Shown here: piece by piece, positions 47,744 to 58,411 of the stretch
Numbering within the stretch: position 1 is the stretch's first letter
Layout: each line of letters opens with the position of its first letter
DNA from: a virus
Virus record (IMG/VR): IMGVR_UViG_3300045988_166150
Span: 32,001 to 96,000 of that record
DNA length: 64,000 bases
Direction: 5' to 3' (one strand)
Made by a program: the position numbers and the translations under genes
Notes under the pieces: generated by a model
The model's input: only the letters and a program-made list of their open reading frames with translations
Told to the model about the DNA's origin: nothing
Databases searched by the model: none

Positions 47744-48052
47744 CTATTCTTTTGGTTGATTATCTAGCGCACCTTTTATACTATCAAAAACTGATTGTAT
47801 AAAATAGTTGATTGTGCTTTCATTTAAGAAAATTCTAGCAGGTGCTGGTAATGCTTCAATTATACCTTTGAATACTGCTTGGAATTTTTCACTATTTTTT
47901 CCTTTTTCATAAGCATTTTCTGCTTCAACTATTAAATCTATAGCTGTTTGTCTTAATCCTTTTAATTTTATATTACTATATAATTTAAAAGCAACTAATC
48001 CTAAAAATATAATTACAACTATAGCTATTACTGCTATGCTTAATGTATCCAT
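47744..48052 (-). CDS. putative holin (single N-terminal TM)
   Basis: LSIAVIAIVVIIFLGLVAFKLY TM helix, small size, adjacent to the endolysin. Confidence 0.4.
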   Translation of the reverse strand: MDTLSIAVIAIVVIIFLGLVAFKLYSNIKLKGLRQTAIDLIVEAENAYEKGKNSEKFQAVFKGIIEALPAPARIFLNESTINYFIQSVFDSIKGALDNQPKE

Positions 48053-48065
48053 AATATCAACTCCT

Positions 48066-48512
48066 TTATATACTATTGGCTATTTTAAATATAGCTGGAA
48101 ATGTTTTCCAAACATAATTATCCGAAATAGCCTGAATTTGTATATTTAAATTTCCACTTGTTTGCGTTATATTTTTATCAATTATTAATTTTAATTTAAT
48201 ATAATTATCTGTTATTTCTGGGCTTTCTATTTTTATTTCACTTCTATTATTACCACTATCTACTATAATGATACTAAATTCCTTATCTGATAAATCTTCC
48301 CCATTTTCATTTATTTTTGGAATTAAGAAGTATCTAGTCGCAGAATTATCTTCGCCTTGAATGCCCAATATGTCCTGCCCAGTTGGTATAATTATTGTTT
48401 TACATATTACACTAATATCTTTAGGAGTACAACCATTGTTGCAAGTAGTTGTACTACCTGTATCAATTAATGGCATTGTATTACTATTACAATTCACTTT
48501 GCATTCCTCCAT
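48066..48512 (-). CDS. hypothetical protein
   Basis: ORF in the operon. Confidence 0.45.
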   Translation of the reverse strand: MEECKVNCNSNTMPLIDTGSTTTCNNGCTPKDISVICKTIIIPTGQDILGIQGEDNSATRYFLIPKINENGEDLSDKEFSIIIVDSGNNRSEIKIESPEITDNYIKLKLIIDKNITQTSGNLNIQIQAISDNYVWKTFPAIFKIANSI

Positions 48513-49221
48513 CTATAGACACTAATGTCTGAATTTTTGGTAAGTTATTTTGTATTGTTTCGTTTATCTTATCTATGTCAAAATGCGTTTTGTCTAAATA
48601 TTCTATACATATAAACCCTAATATATTTCCCTCATTGTCTTTTAAAACAGTTCCATATTTTGCCTCTATATGTCTAGTTATTAAATATTGATACATTGTT
48701 ATATCTATATCTTTAATTTCTTCTGCATCTTTTATAATACATATTTCTTTTTCTTCTAATTCATGACACCAATAAGATAACAATGACCTAAAAATATCTT
48801 TAAAATCAGCCATCATAGGAGCTATTCCTATATTAACGACTTCATTTGTCATGCTCATTTTTAAAAAAGATTTTCCTGTCATGTCTTTATTACCATTATG
48901 ATACTTTACAATACAAACCCTTGAAGCACCTGTATCTTTTAACATACCATTTATTATATCATTTATCTGCTTTTCTATTTGAATTAAACCTTTGCTCTCT
49001 TCATATGTCAAATGTTTTTTAGCCACACCTTGCACTATATCTTTTATCATTGCATTATAATTATCTCTTATTTCATTGTTCATTTCTTGATACTCTTTTC
49101 TTTCTGCATCAAATTCCTCTTGTCTTTTTTTATTGCTTTTGATAAATAATATAATCATTATAACCACAGCCAACCCATCAAACAAAAGTTTACTCAAAGC
49201 CGTTAATGTTGCTATATCCAT
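48487..49221 (-). CDS. membrane-anchored protein
   Basis: ATG at 49221 (MDIATLTAL) with GAAGGAG upstream. TM helix LFDGLAVVIMIILFI. Confidence 0.45.
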   Translation of the reverse strand: MDIATLTALSKLLFDGLAVVIMIILFIKSNKKRQEEFDAERKEYQEMNNEIRDNYNAMIKDIVQGVAKKHLTYEESKGLIQIEKQINDIINGMLKDTGASRVCIVKYHNGNKDMTGKSFLKMSMTNEVVNIGIAPMMADFKDIFRSLLSYWCHELEEKEICIIKDAEEIKDIDITMYQYLITRHIEAKYGTVLKDNEGNILGFICIEYLDKTHFDIDKINETIQNNLPKIQTLVSIDGGMQSEL

Positions 49222-49456
49222 TTCTCGCTCCTTCTGTAAAAAAATACAGAGATTAGTAATTAAACTAATCCCTGTAATATTTATTTGTTTCCTGCACATC
49301 CTTTATACGCACTTGTATGAATAACTTTAAGTAAGGTTGAACAGTACCTAGAGTACTTACATAGTTCATTACTTTTTTTACATTTTAAAACAACCATTTT
49401 GTTGGGTTGTTTCTCATAAAATGCATTTTTACATAAAGGATATTCTACGCAACCCA

Positions 49457-50473
49457 TTACCTAGCTGCTACAGTAACTTTTATTATATCTTGTAATCCTT
49501 CATATGCTACTGTAATCTCTGCATTACCAGCTTTTTTTCCTGTGATAACACCATCTGTTGTTACATCTGCTGTATCTTTTGCTGAGCTTGTAAATGTTAA
49601 TTTAGAATTATCTAATGTAACATTTGAATATGGTAAGCTTCTTACACCTATAACATTTGCTGTAGCACTTGCAAATTGTCCGCCTAATGTTAAATTTAAA
49701 ACATTTGGTGAAGCTACTATACTTTCAACAGGTATAACTGTTTCTTCTGTTGTAGATATATATTTAACATCTGCATAATAAGACTCTCCACAGTCTGTGG
49801 CATATTCTTGAGCTGTACCACCAATACCAAATGTAGATACTGCATCAGAAGTTAAGTTTAATGATATACTTCCGTTAAATTTTAATCTAGGAATTGTTAT
49901 CTCTAAAAATCCTTCTACTCCATCTTGTGATAATACATGAACTCTCATTACTGCTTTTACTAGTAATGGTTGTGTTTTTGTATCAATTGTTATTTTATCT
50001 ACTTTTTTATTGTATTGATATACAACTTGTAATTGTCCATTGAAATTAGCCATACCAATATCTATAGCTTTACCAGTTGGAGCTATTGACTTTACTGTTC
50101 CATTTGGCATTCTTACATATACATTTCCAAGTGGTGTTTCTGCTGTTGAACCTTTACCAGCTGTAAAAGATACACATTCATCAAATTTATATATTCCATC
50201 TAAACCTGTTACTATTGGTGTACCTGTTTGGAATGCTAAATATTCCATTTTAAATGTAGCACTTTCTAATTCTACTGTAACATTCTTGCTATGTTTGATA
50301 TCGAATAATAATGCATTTAAATATCCACCTCTTTGTTCAATTGATTGAACTTCTTGAGTTATAGTAGAGTTTGTTAAAGCAAAACCTTCACCCATATAAG
50401 CATTAGTTGTAGGGTTGAAAAATAAAACTTCAGCTACTGAAACTAATGCAAAACCTTTGTCAATTGTTGCCAT
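49457..50473 (-). CDS. major tail protein with C-terminal Big_2-like Ig domain
   Basis: Size and position. The C-terminus LTFTSSAKDTADVTTDGVITGKKAGNAEITVAYEG is Big_2-like. Confidence 0.55.
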   Translation of the reverse strand: MATIDKGFALVSVAEVLFFNPTTNAYMGEGFALTNSTITQEVQSIEQRGGYLNALLFDIKHSKNVTVELESATFKMEYLAFQTGTPIVTGLDGIYKFDECVSFTAGKGSTAETPLGNVYVRMPNGTVKSIAPTGKAIDIGMANFNGQLQVVYQYNKKVDKITIDTKTQPLLVKAVMRVHVLSQDGVEGFLEITIPRLKFNGSISLNLTSDAVSTFGIGGTAQEYATDCGESYYADVKYISTTEETVIPVESIVASPNVLNLTLGGQFASATANVIGVRSLPYSNVTLDNSKLTFTSSAKDTADVTTDGVITGKKAGNAEITVAYEGLQDIIKVTVAAR

Positions 50474-50491
50474 TTTATCTATCTCCTTTAC

Positions 50492-51394
50492 TTATATTTT
50501 CTCGCCATCTTGAAGAGATGACATTAAACTATTACCACTAACCAAAATATCATCAAATTTTCCTTTTGGCTCATAATGTCTTATCCAGTGTGGTATATCA
50601 GATTTCATTTTAATCATTCCGCTTAATTCTAGTTTCTTATACATATAATAGTCATCTTTAGATAATGCTATCTGTAAAAATCTATTAAATCTTCTAATAG
50701 TCATTCCTTCCATTTCACTATTATCTTTATGAGTACTATAAGCGACAATTGTGATTAAATCTTCTAAATCTGTATTATCTGTTTTTCTTGCTGCTCTTAG
50801 TTTTTCTTTCATTTGATATAAGAATTCTTCTGTTTTTTTATCATAATGTTCTGGCTTTATATCATTCTGCAACATAATTAAATTTCTTATATCATCAAAT
50901 TCATTTGAATTTATTATTATATGATTATACATTTTTTCTTGTATAGTCTGTAATTGAGTGGCGACTTTTTGAACATTAATATCTCCGAGTTCGCCCTTAA
51001 CATATTTCTCTTTTAATTCATTATATTCTTTTTCTAATCCTTTATAATTAGCTGACCTTTGATAAACCTTTATACATAGCCTTCCATCTTCCTTTAGTAT
51101 ATCAAAAGGCTGTTCTTCTCCAAATACTATATTTAATATACAAATTAACATATCCCACTTATTTTTAAAATCAGTATCAATTAATGATTTTTCATAAATA
51201 TATTCCAAATAAGGAAGTCTCAACAACCTTATATCTCTTTCATCCATTCTTGAAACGTCTAAACATTCATCGGCGCAAGCAAAAATAGAATAATATAATA
51301 ATGTTGCAGGATATAATAGTACTCCTTTATATTCTAAAGGCTTATCAAAAGCCATCTTCATTTTGTTGTCATAACTTATATTCATTAAATCCAC
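50492..51394 (-). CDS. hypothetical head-tail region protein
   Basis: ORF in the late operon. Confidence 0.45.
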   Translation of the reverse strand: MDLMNISYDNKMKMAFDKPLEYKGVLLYPATLLYYSIFACADECLDVSRMDERDIRLLRLPYLEYIYEKSLIDTDFKNKWDMLICILNIVFGEEQPFDILKEDGRLCIKVYQRSANYKGLEKEYNELKEKYVKGELGDINVQKVATQLQTIQEKMYNHIIINSNEFDDIRNLIMLQNDIKPEHYDKKTEEFLYQMKEKLRAARKTDNTDLEDLITIVAYSTHKDNSEMEGMTIRRFNRFLQIALSKDDYYMYKKLELSGMIKMKSDIPHWIRHYEPKGKFDDILVSGNSLMSSLQDGEKI

Positions 51395-51960
51395 ACATCC
51401 ATTGTTAGTTGAAATCCTGAATAGTTATTATTATAACTTACTTGCTCAGCGCCAGCAAATCTATCAATATCGTTATTTACAAATATCTGAGATTTTGTTT
51501 TATCCAATTTTACCCCATTCAATGTCTCTACAATAGTTTGCATTATAGCCACATCTCTTTTATCATTCTTTGAAATTGGCGTTTCAATCATCATTTCATT
51601 ATTATTAACAATTACTTGAAATATTACCCTAACCAAGGCATCTGTTCTCCCCATAGAGCTTACTTTATCTATATAAATTCTTACTTGGGACTTTGCCTTA
51701 ATCATAGCATCTGTAGTATATCTTTGAAACAATATGTTATATTCATCAGTATTAAAAGAAGTTCTACCTATCATTGCACTTTTTTCTTTGCTGGTCAAAT
51801 CTTTTTGAGCTAAAGGTTTTTCTGAATATTTTAATAATTTCCAAAATTCTGGAGAATTATCAAATAAATAATTCACTATTATCGTAGGTAAATCTCTGGT
51901 AAGAATATATGTGTTATATGCTTCTTTACTAAATCCTTTTTCATCGCATGGTGAATACAT
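51385..51960 (-). CDS. hypothetical head-tail region protein
   Basis: ORF in the late operon. Confidence 0.45.
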   Translation of the reverse strand: MYSPCDEKGFSKEAYNTYILTRDLPTIIVNYLFDNSPEFWKLLKYSEKPLAQKDLTSKEKSAMIGRTSFNTDEYNILFQRYTTDAMIKAKSQVRIYIDKVSSMGRTDALVRVIFQVIVNNNEMMIETPISKNDKRDVAIMQTIVETLNGVKLDKTKSQIFVNNDIDRFAGAEQVSYNNNYSGFQLTMDVWI

Positions 51961-51961
51961 T

Positions 51962-52972
51962 TTACCAATTACCCCCTAGCCAAATTTCTTTATAGTTAGT
52001 TTCATTTGTATTATCATTAACATATTGTATTTTAAGTGGATTAATTTGATATTGTTTTATATTTTTTATTGTGAATTGATTTCCATTAATGCTACTGAAC
52101 TCAAAATATTTATTTGGTACATTACTTATATTTATAGTAAAAGTATCTTCTGTTTTAGTTCCGTTTACATAGTTATATACATTAAATTCTGCTGTTTCAT
52201 TTAAAAGTATTTCTGATATATCTGGTGTTAATACATTTCCTTGCAATTTAATATCTGGCTCAGATTTTTTATTAGCCGCAATGTTTTCTTCTTCATTATC
52301 GGCATTTAACACTGGATTTTTCATCATATATATTTCCATATAATCAGGATTTAATTCATCGAATATTTGTTTTACTTTAAATGACACCTCATTAAACATG
52401 AACCTATCATTTACTGTAATTTTTGAAGTATATTTGTTCCTTTGGACAATAACAACTATATCTCCACCATCTTCAACTATGCCTTTACTTCCCCATTTAA
52501 AATTTGTATATGTAAGTGCATCTTTAATAGCACAAGGATAACAATTAAGTTCTCCACTACTATCAACCCACCTTAATGAATTATTACATTGTAGCATTCT
52601 TCCTTTTACATTATATAAATATTGTGTATCTAAAGAAATTAATATCCACGTTGATAATTCTTTATGGTTAAAATTCCAATGCACATAATCTCCTATTTTA
52701 AATTGTGGTGTATCATATGGATAAGATTGTAGATATTTATATCCAACTATTTTATCTTCATCATTTCCTTCATATATCCATGTATCATATGTCTTAATAT
52801 AATCAAAATTCTTATATACAACTCTATAATCTGTACTAGCTTTGAAATTTTCTTTTGTTAAATCAGAAATCTGGTCGGAACTTTCTGCTGAAGTACCACT
52901 TTGAGAATGCAACAGACTATTTATTCTCCCGATACAGTCACTTTTGGTTGATACCTTAATGGGTGTAAGCAT
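51962..52972 (-). CDS. hypothetical head-tail region protein
   Basis: ORF in the late operon. Its start overlaps the upstream gene by about 50 nt. Confidence 0.45.
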   Translation of the reverse strand: MLTPIKVSTKSDCIGRINSLLHSQSGTSAESSDQISDLTKENFKASTDYRVVYKNFDYIKTYDTWIYEGNDEDKIVGYKYLQSYPYDTPQFKIGDYVHWNFNHKELSTWILISLDTQYLYNVKGRMLQCNNSLRWVDSSGELNCYPCAIKDALTYTNFKWGSKGIVEDGGDIVVIVQRNKYTSKITVNDRFMFNEVSFKVKQIFDELNPDYMEIYMMKNPVLNADNEEENIAANKKSEPDIKLQGNVLTPDISEILLNETAEFNVYNYVNGTKTEDTFTINISNVPNKYFEFSSINGNQFTIKNIKQYQINPLKIQYVNDNTNETNYKEIWLGGNW

Positions 52973-53643
52973 ACAGTATTCGCCCCCAATCCTGGTAAAC
53001 CTATAGGAGCAGTACGATATGAATACATACTTATATCTCCTTCAAGTTCTCTTTTCGCTGATTGGTAAGCTGCTGTCAAAGTTTTTAATTGTTCAGCTTG
53101 AGAATGCATTTTTATACTTCCACCATAAGTAGCAAAATTTAATATTTTACTATTAGTCATTTGCTCTTCGTAATATGGTATATTCATAGCTTCTGCTAAT
53201 ATCCTTTTTTCATCATATCCTAAATCAGCATTAAAATGTCCTATATCATAGCTATTTATAGTAACATTCTCACCCAAATGTGGAGTATAGTTAGTCAATG
53301 TTATAGTTCCATTTATATTATCATACAAATATTCTGAAACACTTCTTTCTGGTTGCCCACAATCTATTTGGGTACTTATATAAAAATTTGGATTATCAAT
53401 TTCTGGTTTTGGGTCTAACTGAAAAATATTATTTTCTCCATCCCCAACAAAAGAATATTTTGTAAGAGAAAATGGAACCAAATCAAGCAAATTCTTTCTA
53501 CAATCATATTGGAATAATGGAATTGATAATTGCAAATATTTCCAATATAAATCATATAATAAATAAGATGGTTTATCAGTTAATCTTTGGTCAATCTTTA
53601 TAACTGAATTTAGACAATAAATTTCTTCAAAACTTGTTGCCAT
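52921..53643 (-). CDS. hypothetical head-tail connector region protein
   Basis: ORF in the late operon. Confidence 0.45.
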   Translation of the reverse strand: MATSFEEIYCLNSVIKIDQRLTDKPSYLLYDLYWKYLQLSIPLFQYDCRKNLLDLVPFSLTKYSFVGDGENNIFQLDPKPEIDNPNFYISTQIDCGQPERSVSEYLYDNINGTITLTNYTPHLGENVTINSYDIGHFNADLGYDEKRILAEAMNIPYYEEQMTNSKILNFATYGGSIKMHSQAEQLKTLTAAYQSAKRELEGDISMYSYRTAPIGLPGLGANTVCLHPLRYQPKVTVSGE

Positions 53644-53665
53644 TTTTCCACCTCCCTTACTTATA

Positions 53666-54355
53666 TTATCCCCTTAAATTATCTATAGCTGTTAATGTCA
53701 TTATACCTCTGTCAAATTCAATACCAAGATATTGTTCAACACCTTTTCTAGTATAATAATCCCAAGTTAATTGGTTTCTTCTAATCATATCGCATATTCT
53801 ATAGATAATGCAATTTACAATGTTGCTATTTTTCTTGTTTTCAGTGATTTCTGCAATTTTACCAACTATTGTATTAGTATCTCCATTTGTTAAGATGCTT
53901 AATAAATTTTCATTTGATAAATCTACAAAATTTTTTATTCCAAATTTTGCATAATCTTCTTTATCTTTAAAATAGCATATTCCATCAATGAAAAGTTTCT
54001 TTACAGAATAATTTCTAAAGAATTTTTTCATATCTGCAACAGTAACTGTTTGTTCTTCATTAAATCTTAAACGAATTTCTCCAGCTGTATCTTTTGGGTT
54101 TCCCCAACCTATACCTTGAAGTACTCTACATCCTATAACTACTTCATCTTCTTCACTGTTATTAGCCATGGAATTTTGTGCAACCATGTTATTAGTCATC
54201 ATTGCCATCATTGCCTTTTGCATTTCTTCTAATTGTTTTTTTAATGCAATAATTTCTTCACTTTCAGAAGGATTAACAACTACTTCTTTTTCTAGTTCTT
54301 TATTTTCTTCTTTGTTTTCAACTTTTGTTGCTTTAGCATTTTTTGTATTTGCCAT
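53666..54355 (-). CDS. hypothetical protein with charged N-terminal region
   Basis: ORF following the capsid terminator. Confidence 0.45.
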   Translation of the reverse strand: MANTKNAKATKVENKEENKELEKEVVVNPSESEEIIALKKQLEEMQKAMMAMMTNNMVAQNSMANNSEEDEVVIGCRVLQGIGWGNPKDTAGEIRLRFNEEQTVTVADMKKFFRNYSVKKLFIDGICYFKDKEDYAKFGIKNFVDLSNENLLSILTNGDTNTIVGKIAEITENKKNSNIVNCIIYRICDMIRRNQLTWDYYTRKGVEQYLGIEFDRGIMTLTAIDNLRG

Positions 54356-54380
54356 TTTATAACTCCTTTCAATAATATTA

Positions 54381-54407
54381 TAATAAAGAGAGACCTAAGT
54401 CTCTCTC
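54381..54407 (-). terminator. intrinsic terminator downstream of the capsid gene
   Basis: The minus strand reads AGAGAGAC-TTAG-GTCTCTCT followed by TTTATTA. Confidence 0.6.
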
Positions 54408-54414
54408 ATTATAA

Positions 54415-55566
54415 CTAAGAATTTGTTCCTTGGATAGCATAGTTAGCTTGTGTAACTATAGCAGCATCAAAACTCATGAAATATTCATAGTTTTGTCTGT
54501 ATTGTGAACCTTCTGTTGGTTCTTTAACTTTAACATGAACAAAGTTTTCTCTTACTAATTTAACTGGTCTATCACCAACACTTGATAATAGAATTATTCT
54601 ATCATTTGGAATAGCTCTTAATGTAGTAGCTGAAGCATTTGTGAATGGTTGTGACAAATCTGTGAATTGGTCTATTACAACGTTATCTACACCATATGCT
54701 CTTCCTAAAAATCCTTCTCTTATCATTTCATCTTGGCTTTGGAAACCATAGTTAGTTGTAGCAAGAACTCCTATTTTGTTGAATGCTGGTAATGTACCAT
54801 AAGCTGTTACATCTGCTCCACCATTTAACATTTTTAAGTCTTCTATCATTTGGATATAGTTAGCTGCGTTCCAGTTAGCTTGATATAAAGGTGTTCCTTG
54901 GATTGGAGTTACTGAATATATTTCTTCAACGATTAATCTTAATTGTGCATATAATAATCCAGCTGCAACTCTTGCTAATTCTTTACCCATATCATAGTTA
55001 TTTGCTAATATTCTTATATAATCCATTGTTGTTCCCATGCTATATGGGTGTGGTTTTACTGTGATTGAACTTCTTGAATAACTATCTAAGAATGTTACAT
55101 TTGTCATATATGATGTTCTTTGAGCGATTGGTAATCCTTTTGTTTCGATTTCATATGTTTTGCTATCACCAACATCAACTTCATCAACATTTGCTAATCT
55201 AAATATTTGTTCTGGTCTACTTCTTAATATAATGCTTTCTAATACATCAACAACTATTGAGTTGTAAACTGTAGCAAATACTGGATTTGAGAATGCATTT
55301 ATAACATCAGCATTATTTCTTATTTCTTTAATTCCTGCTTTGTTTGCGCAGAAAGATAATAAAGCTAATTTAGCTTTTTCATTTATATCATTATAGTTAG
55401 ATATTTCTTTATCAACTAAAGCAAAACTTTTGTCTGCCATTCTGCTTAATGCTCCATCATGAACCATAGCATATTTACAAACTTTTTCTAAGTTTTCTTT
55501 TATTACTTTTACTGTTCCTTCCTCATCTACTGAGAATGTTCTTATTAAATTTAAATTTGTGTTCAT
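54415..55566 (-). CDS. major capsid protein (by position and size)
   Basis: 383 aa, located after the scaffold-like gene and followed by a terminator. No motif verified. Confidence 0.6.
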   Translation of the reverse strand: MNTNLNLIRTFSVDEEGTVKVIKENLEKVCKYAMVHDGALSRMADKSFALVDKEISNYNDINEKAKLALLSFCANKAGIKEIRNNADVINAFSNPVFATVYNSIVVDVLESIILRSRPEQIFRLANVDEVDVGDSKTYEIETKGLPIAQRTSYMTNVTFLDSYSRSSITVKPHPYSMGTTMDYIRILANNYDMGKELARVAAGLLYAQLRLIVEEIYSVTPIQGTPLYQANWNAANYIQMIEDLKMLNGGADVTAYGTLPAFNKIGVLATTNYGFQSQDEMIREGFLGRAYGVDNVVIDQFTDLSQPFTNASATTLRAIPNDRIILLSSVGDRPVKLVRENFVHVKVKEPTEGSQYRQNYEYFMSFDAAIVTQANYAIQGTNS

Positions 55567-55584
55567 CTTCTAATTTCACCTCTC

Positions 55585-56145
55585 TTAAACTGTTTGTTTT
55601 GCTCTAACAACTAATGTTTTAGCAAAATCTCCACCAAATTGTCCACCTAATCTAAAGTATTTAATAGCTTCGATTGTTAGGTAATTTTTAGCTGTAACTG
55701 TAGTTGCTTTAGCAGAATATACTAAAACATCTTTTCCATTTGCTGGAATTAAGTTATCTCCAACTGCTAAACCAGCAGCTCCAGAACCTGTATCATCACA
55801 AGCATCAACAGATATTTCAAATCTTACTTCTGGTAATAATCTATGTGCTGTTACAACTTCACCTGCGTTGAATGTGTATTGTGTATAATCAGGTTGACCA
55901 TCTGGTCTTCTTCCGTCTGCCAATGTTTCAAAACCATTGTTTAAAACTAATACGATATCTTCTTTTGTGATATCTGCTACTATTGTTGGTGCATAAACAT
56001 CCCAGTTTCCATATCCTAATCCTGTGTCTAATGCTTCAGCAACTACTACGTTACCTGCATGGTATGTTTTTCCAGCTGGTACTCTTACCTTAGCTTGCAT
56101 ATAAGCTGGGTTTTCTGTAACTGTTCTTGCAATATAATTTGCCAT
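55585..56145 (-). CDS. conserved 185-aa domain protein (possible decoration or scaffold-associated); paralog of 43750 and 44636
   Basis: NNGFETLADGRRPDGQPDYTQY and YFRLGGQFGGDFAKTLVVRAKQ are shared with the two tail-region paralogs. Confidence 0.5.
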   Translation of the reverse strand: MANYIARTVTENPAYMQAKVRVPAGKTYHAGNVVVAEALDTGLGYGNWDVYAPTIVADITKEDIVLVLNNGFETLADGRRPDGQPDYTQYTFNAGEVVTAHRLLPEVRFEISVDACDDTGSGAAGLAVGDNLIPANGKDVLVYSAKATTVTAKNYLTIEAIKYFRLGGQFGGDFAKTLVVRAKQTV

Positions 56146-56165
56146 TTTCTATTCACTCCTTTTCG

Positions 56166-58397
56166 TTATTTTGCAATTCTAACATTGCTATTTGTAATAA
56201 TATTGTCTAAACTATTCATTTCTTCTTTTGAAAATTTAATAGTATTGACTTCAAATAATGGATTTATTGAATATTTCATTTCCTTGCTTTCTTTTTTATC
56301 TTCTTTTTCTTCTGACTTCTCAGCCATTTTTAAAGCAAATTCAGCAATTTTTGAGTTTAATTTTTCTTTCACTTCATCCATAGACATTTTTTCAATTGAA
56401 TTTTTAAGCTCTTTAACTTCATCTTCTGACATACAATGAGCGAACTTATCTATTTCGGCTGACATTTTTCTTTCTTCTTCAGCTCTTTTGAATTTGTTTA
56501 ATTCATTTTTGATTTCAGTGTTTTCGATTTCTAAAGCATTAGCTTTCTTTTTCCAATAGTCTTTATCAGCATCTACATCATCTTCTAGTCCTTCTTCACC
56601 TTTGTCGTCTTTGTCGATTTTGTTTTCAACTACTGGGCATTCTTTATCAGCAAATCCAATATCGTCGCATTTGTCAGAGTTTTTCTTTATGTCCTCTTTT
56701 TCTTTAACATCATCTTCTTGTGCTTCTGCGTCGTCTTTTATTTTTTCAATGTCTTTATTGTCTTTGTCTAATTTGTTTTCAACAATTTCTTCTTTTTCTT
56801 TCTTGTCTAATTCTTTTGCCATCTTTTTCTCACCACCTTCATCTTCGTCATTTATGTCAAGCTTTTTGTATAATCCTTTCACCTTTGTAACAACTGCTTC
56901 TTCATTATTAGCTTGAGCATATGCTAATGCACTTGCTAATCCATATCTATTATAAACAGCTTTGCCATTTTTTATTTCCATGATTGGATATTTTAGTTTT
57001 GAGCTTGGTGCTTCTTCCCAACCATCTTCTACTATAGCATAAACATCTTTAACCAAAGATTTATAATTTTTTGCGTTTAAGACTTTCTTTCTTAATTCTG
57101 TTTTATTTACAGAACCCCAACTTGTTTCAGACATAGCTTCTTTTGATTTGTCTACTTCTATTGTCTCACCTTTACCATAATCTTCTTTTGCAAATATGGC
57201 AATATCTTTAGCAGAAAATGTTTTTTCTTTATCTAATTCTTCATATGTTCTATGAACTTCTTTTTTGTTTGTTTCTTCTATAGTAACTTTATTATCTTCA
57301 ACTGAATATGGTATTTTATAAAGTTTGGCAGTTTCATTATCTCTAACTATTGCAATTTTTTCATCTGCATATATTTCTTCAACATAATATTTTCTGCCTT
57401 CCCACTCGCCATCGTGATACTTATACTTTCCTAATTCAGTATAAATTCTATCAGCTATTTCATTATTGCTTAAACTATTCACTAAAATGTCACCTACTCT
57501 TTCTTCTTTTATGTGATTAATCCATTTTTCTGTTATTTCTCCACCAAATATATTATATACTGGCGAAAATTCAACTTCTTTTGAATTAATAACTTTTTTC
57601 CTAATTTTATCAAATTCTATCTTACTTATAAAACGTGAGTTAGACATTTTTTGTGCCATAGTTAACTCTTGTGTAGTGCAACCTCTTCCTTTTACTCTAT
57701 AATCTTTTAATGCTTTCTTTACAGCATTGTTTATTTCATTTGGAATTTCATAATAGTTTTCTTTTTTGAAGAAGTTTACATAATATTCATTGGCTTGTTT
57801 AAAATCTTCTTCACTTAGTGAAAATCTTAAAATTTCCATATGGCTTCCTTCTATTCCTTCCATAATGCCTTCTCCTAGTAAAACACAACTTAACAATCTA
57901 AATTCATTTATATTCAATACTCCCGTTGTCTCGTCTTGTTCTCCATCTATTACTGCTAATTCAATACTTACCTTAACATTTCCTTCTCTTCGATTAAGAA
58001 TACTCATTATAATAGGGAAATAGTTTTTCCATATTACTACTTTAGCATTTAGATAAGTTTTTCCATTTTCTCTTTCAATATATTTGAATTCTGAACTTTC
58101 TGGAATTGTACCAAATGCTATGAATTTTTTTCTCTCTTCTTCAGTATAGGCATGTTCTTTAAAGTCTGTTGACAAAGAAGGTATTATTGAATTATCTAAG
58201 ATACATAAAAGAGGCTTGTTATAAAAGGATTTCAATGATTTTTCAATACATTCTTCTGTAATATTACATTTATTTCTATTTAATCCTATGTGTAAAAAAT
58301 CTATCTCTGCAATACTACAATATCCATCATTTTCTAATAACTTGAAATTATCTGGACTTAAATTAAATTGTAACTTTACATTTGAAATTTCTTCCAT
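56166..58397 (-). CDS. 743-aa head maturation / scaffolding-like protein (acidic coiled-coil C-terminal half)
   Basis: Position between the portal region and the capsid gene. The C-terminal part is very acidic and Lys/Glu-rich. Protease function not verified. Confidence 0.4.
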   Translation of the reverse strand: MEEISNVKLQFNLSPDNFKLLENDGYCSIAEIDFLHIGLNRNKCNITEECIEKSLKSFYNKPLLCILDNSIIPSLSTDFKEHAYTEEERKKFIAFGTIPESSEFKYIERENGKTYLNAKVVIWKNYFPIIMSILNRREGNVKVSIELAVIDGEQDETTGVLNINEFRLLSCVLLGEGIMEGIEGSHMEILRFSLSEEDFKQANEYYVNFFKKENYYEIPNEINNAVKKALKDYRVKGRGCTTQELTMAQKMSNSRFISKIEFDKIRKKVINSKEVEFSPVYNIFGGEITEKWINHIKEERVGDILVNSLSNNEIADRIYTELGKYKYHDGEWEGRKYYVEEIYADEKIAIVRDNETAKLYKIPYSVEDNKVTIEETNKKEVHRTYEELDKEKTFSAKDIAIFAKEDYGKGETIEVDKSKEAMSETSWGSVNKTELRKKVLNAKNYKSLVKDVYAIVEDGWEEAPSSKLKYPIMEIKNGKAVYNRYGLASALAYAQANNEEAVVTKVKGLYKKLDINDEDEGGEKKMAKELDKKEKEEIVENKLDKDNKDIEKIKDDAEAQEDDVKEKEDIKKNSDKCDDIGFADKECPVVENKIDKDDKGEEGLEDDVDADKDYWKKKANALEIENTEIKNELNKFKRAEEERKMSAEIDKFAHCMSEDEVKELKNSIEKMSMDEVKEKLNSKIAEFALKMAEKSEEKEDKKESKEMKYSINPLFEVNTIKFSKEEMNSLDNIITNSNVRIAK

Positions 58398-58411
58398 ACT
58401 CCACCCCTTTC

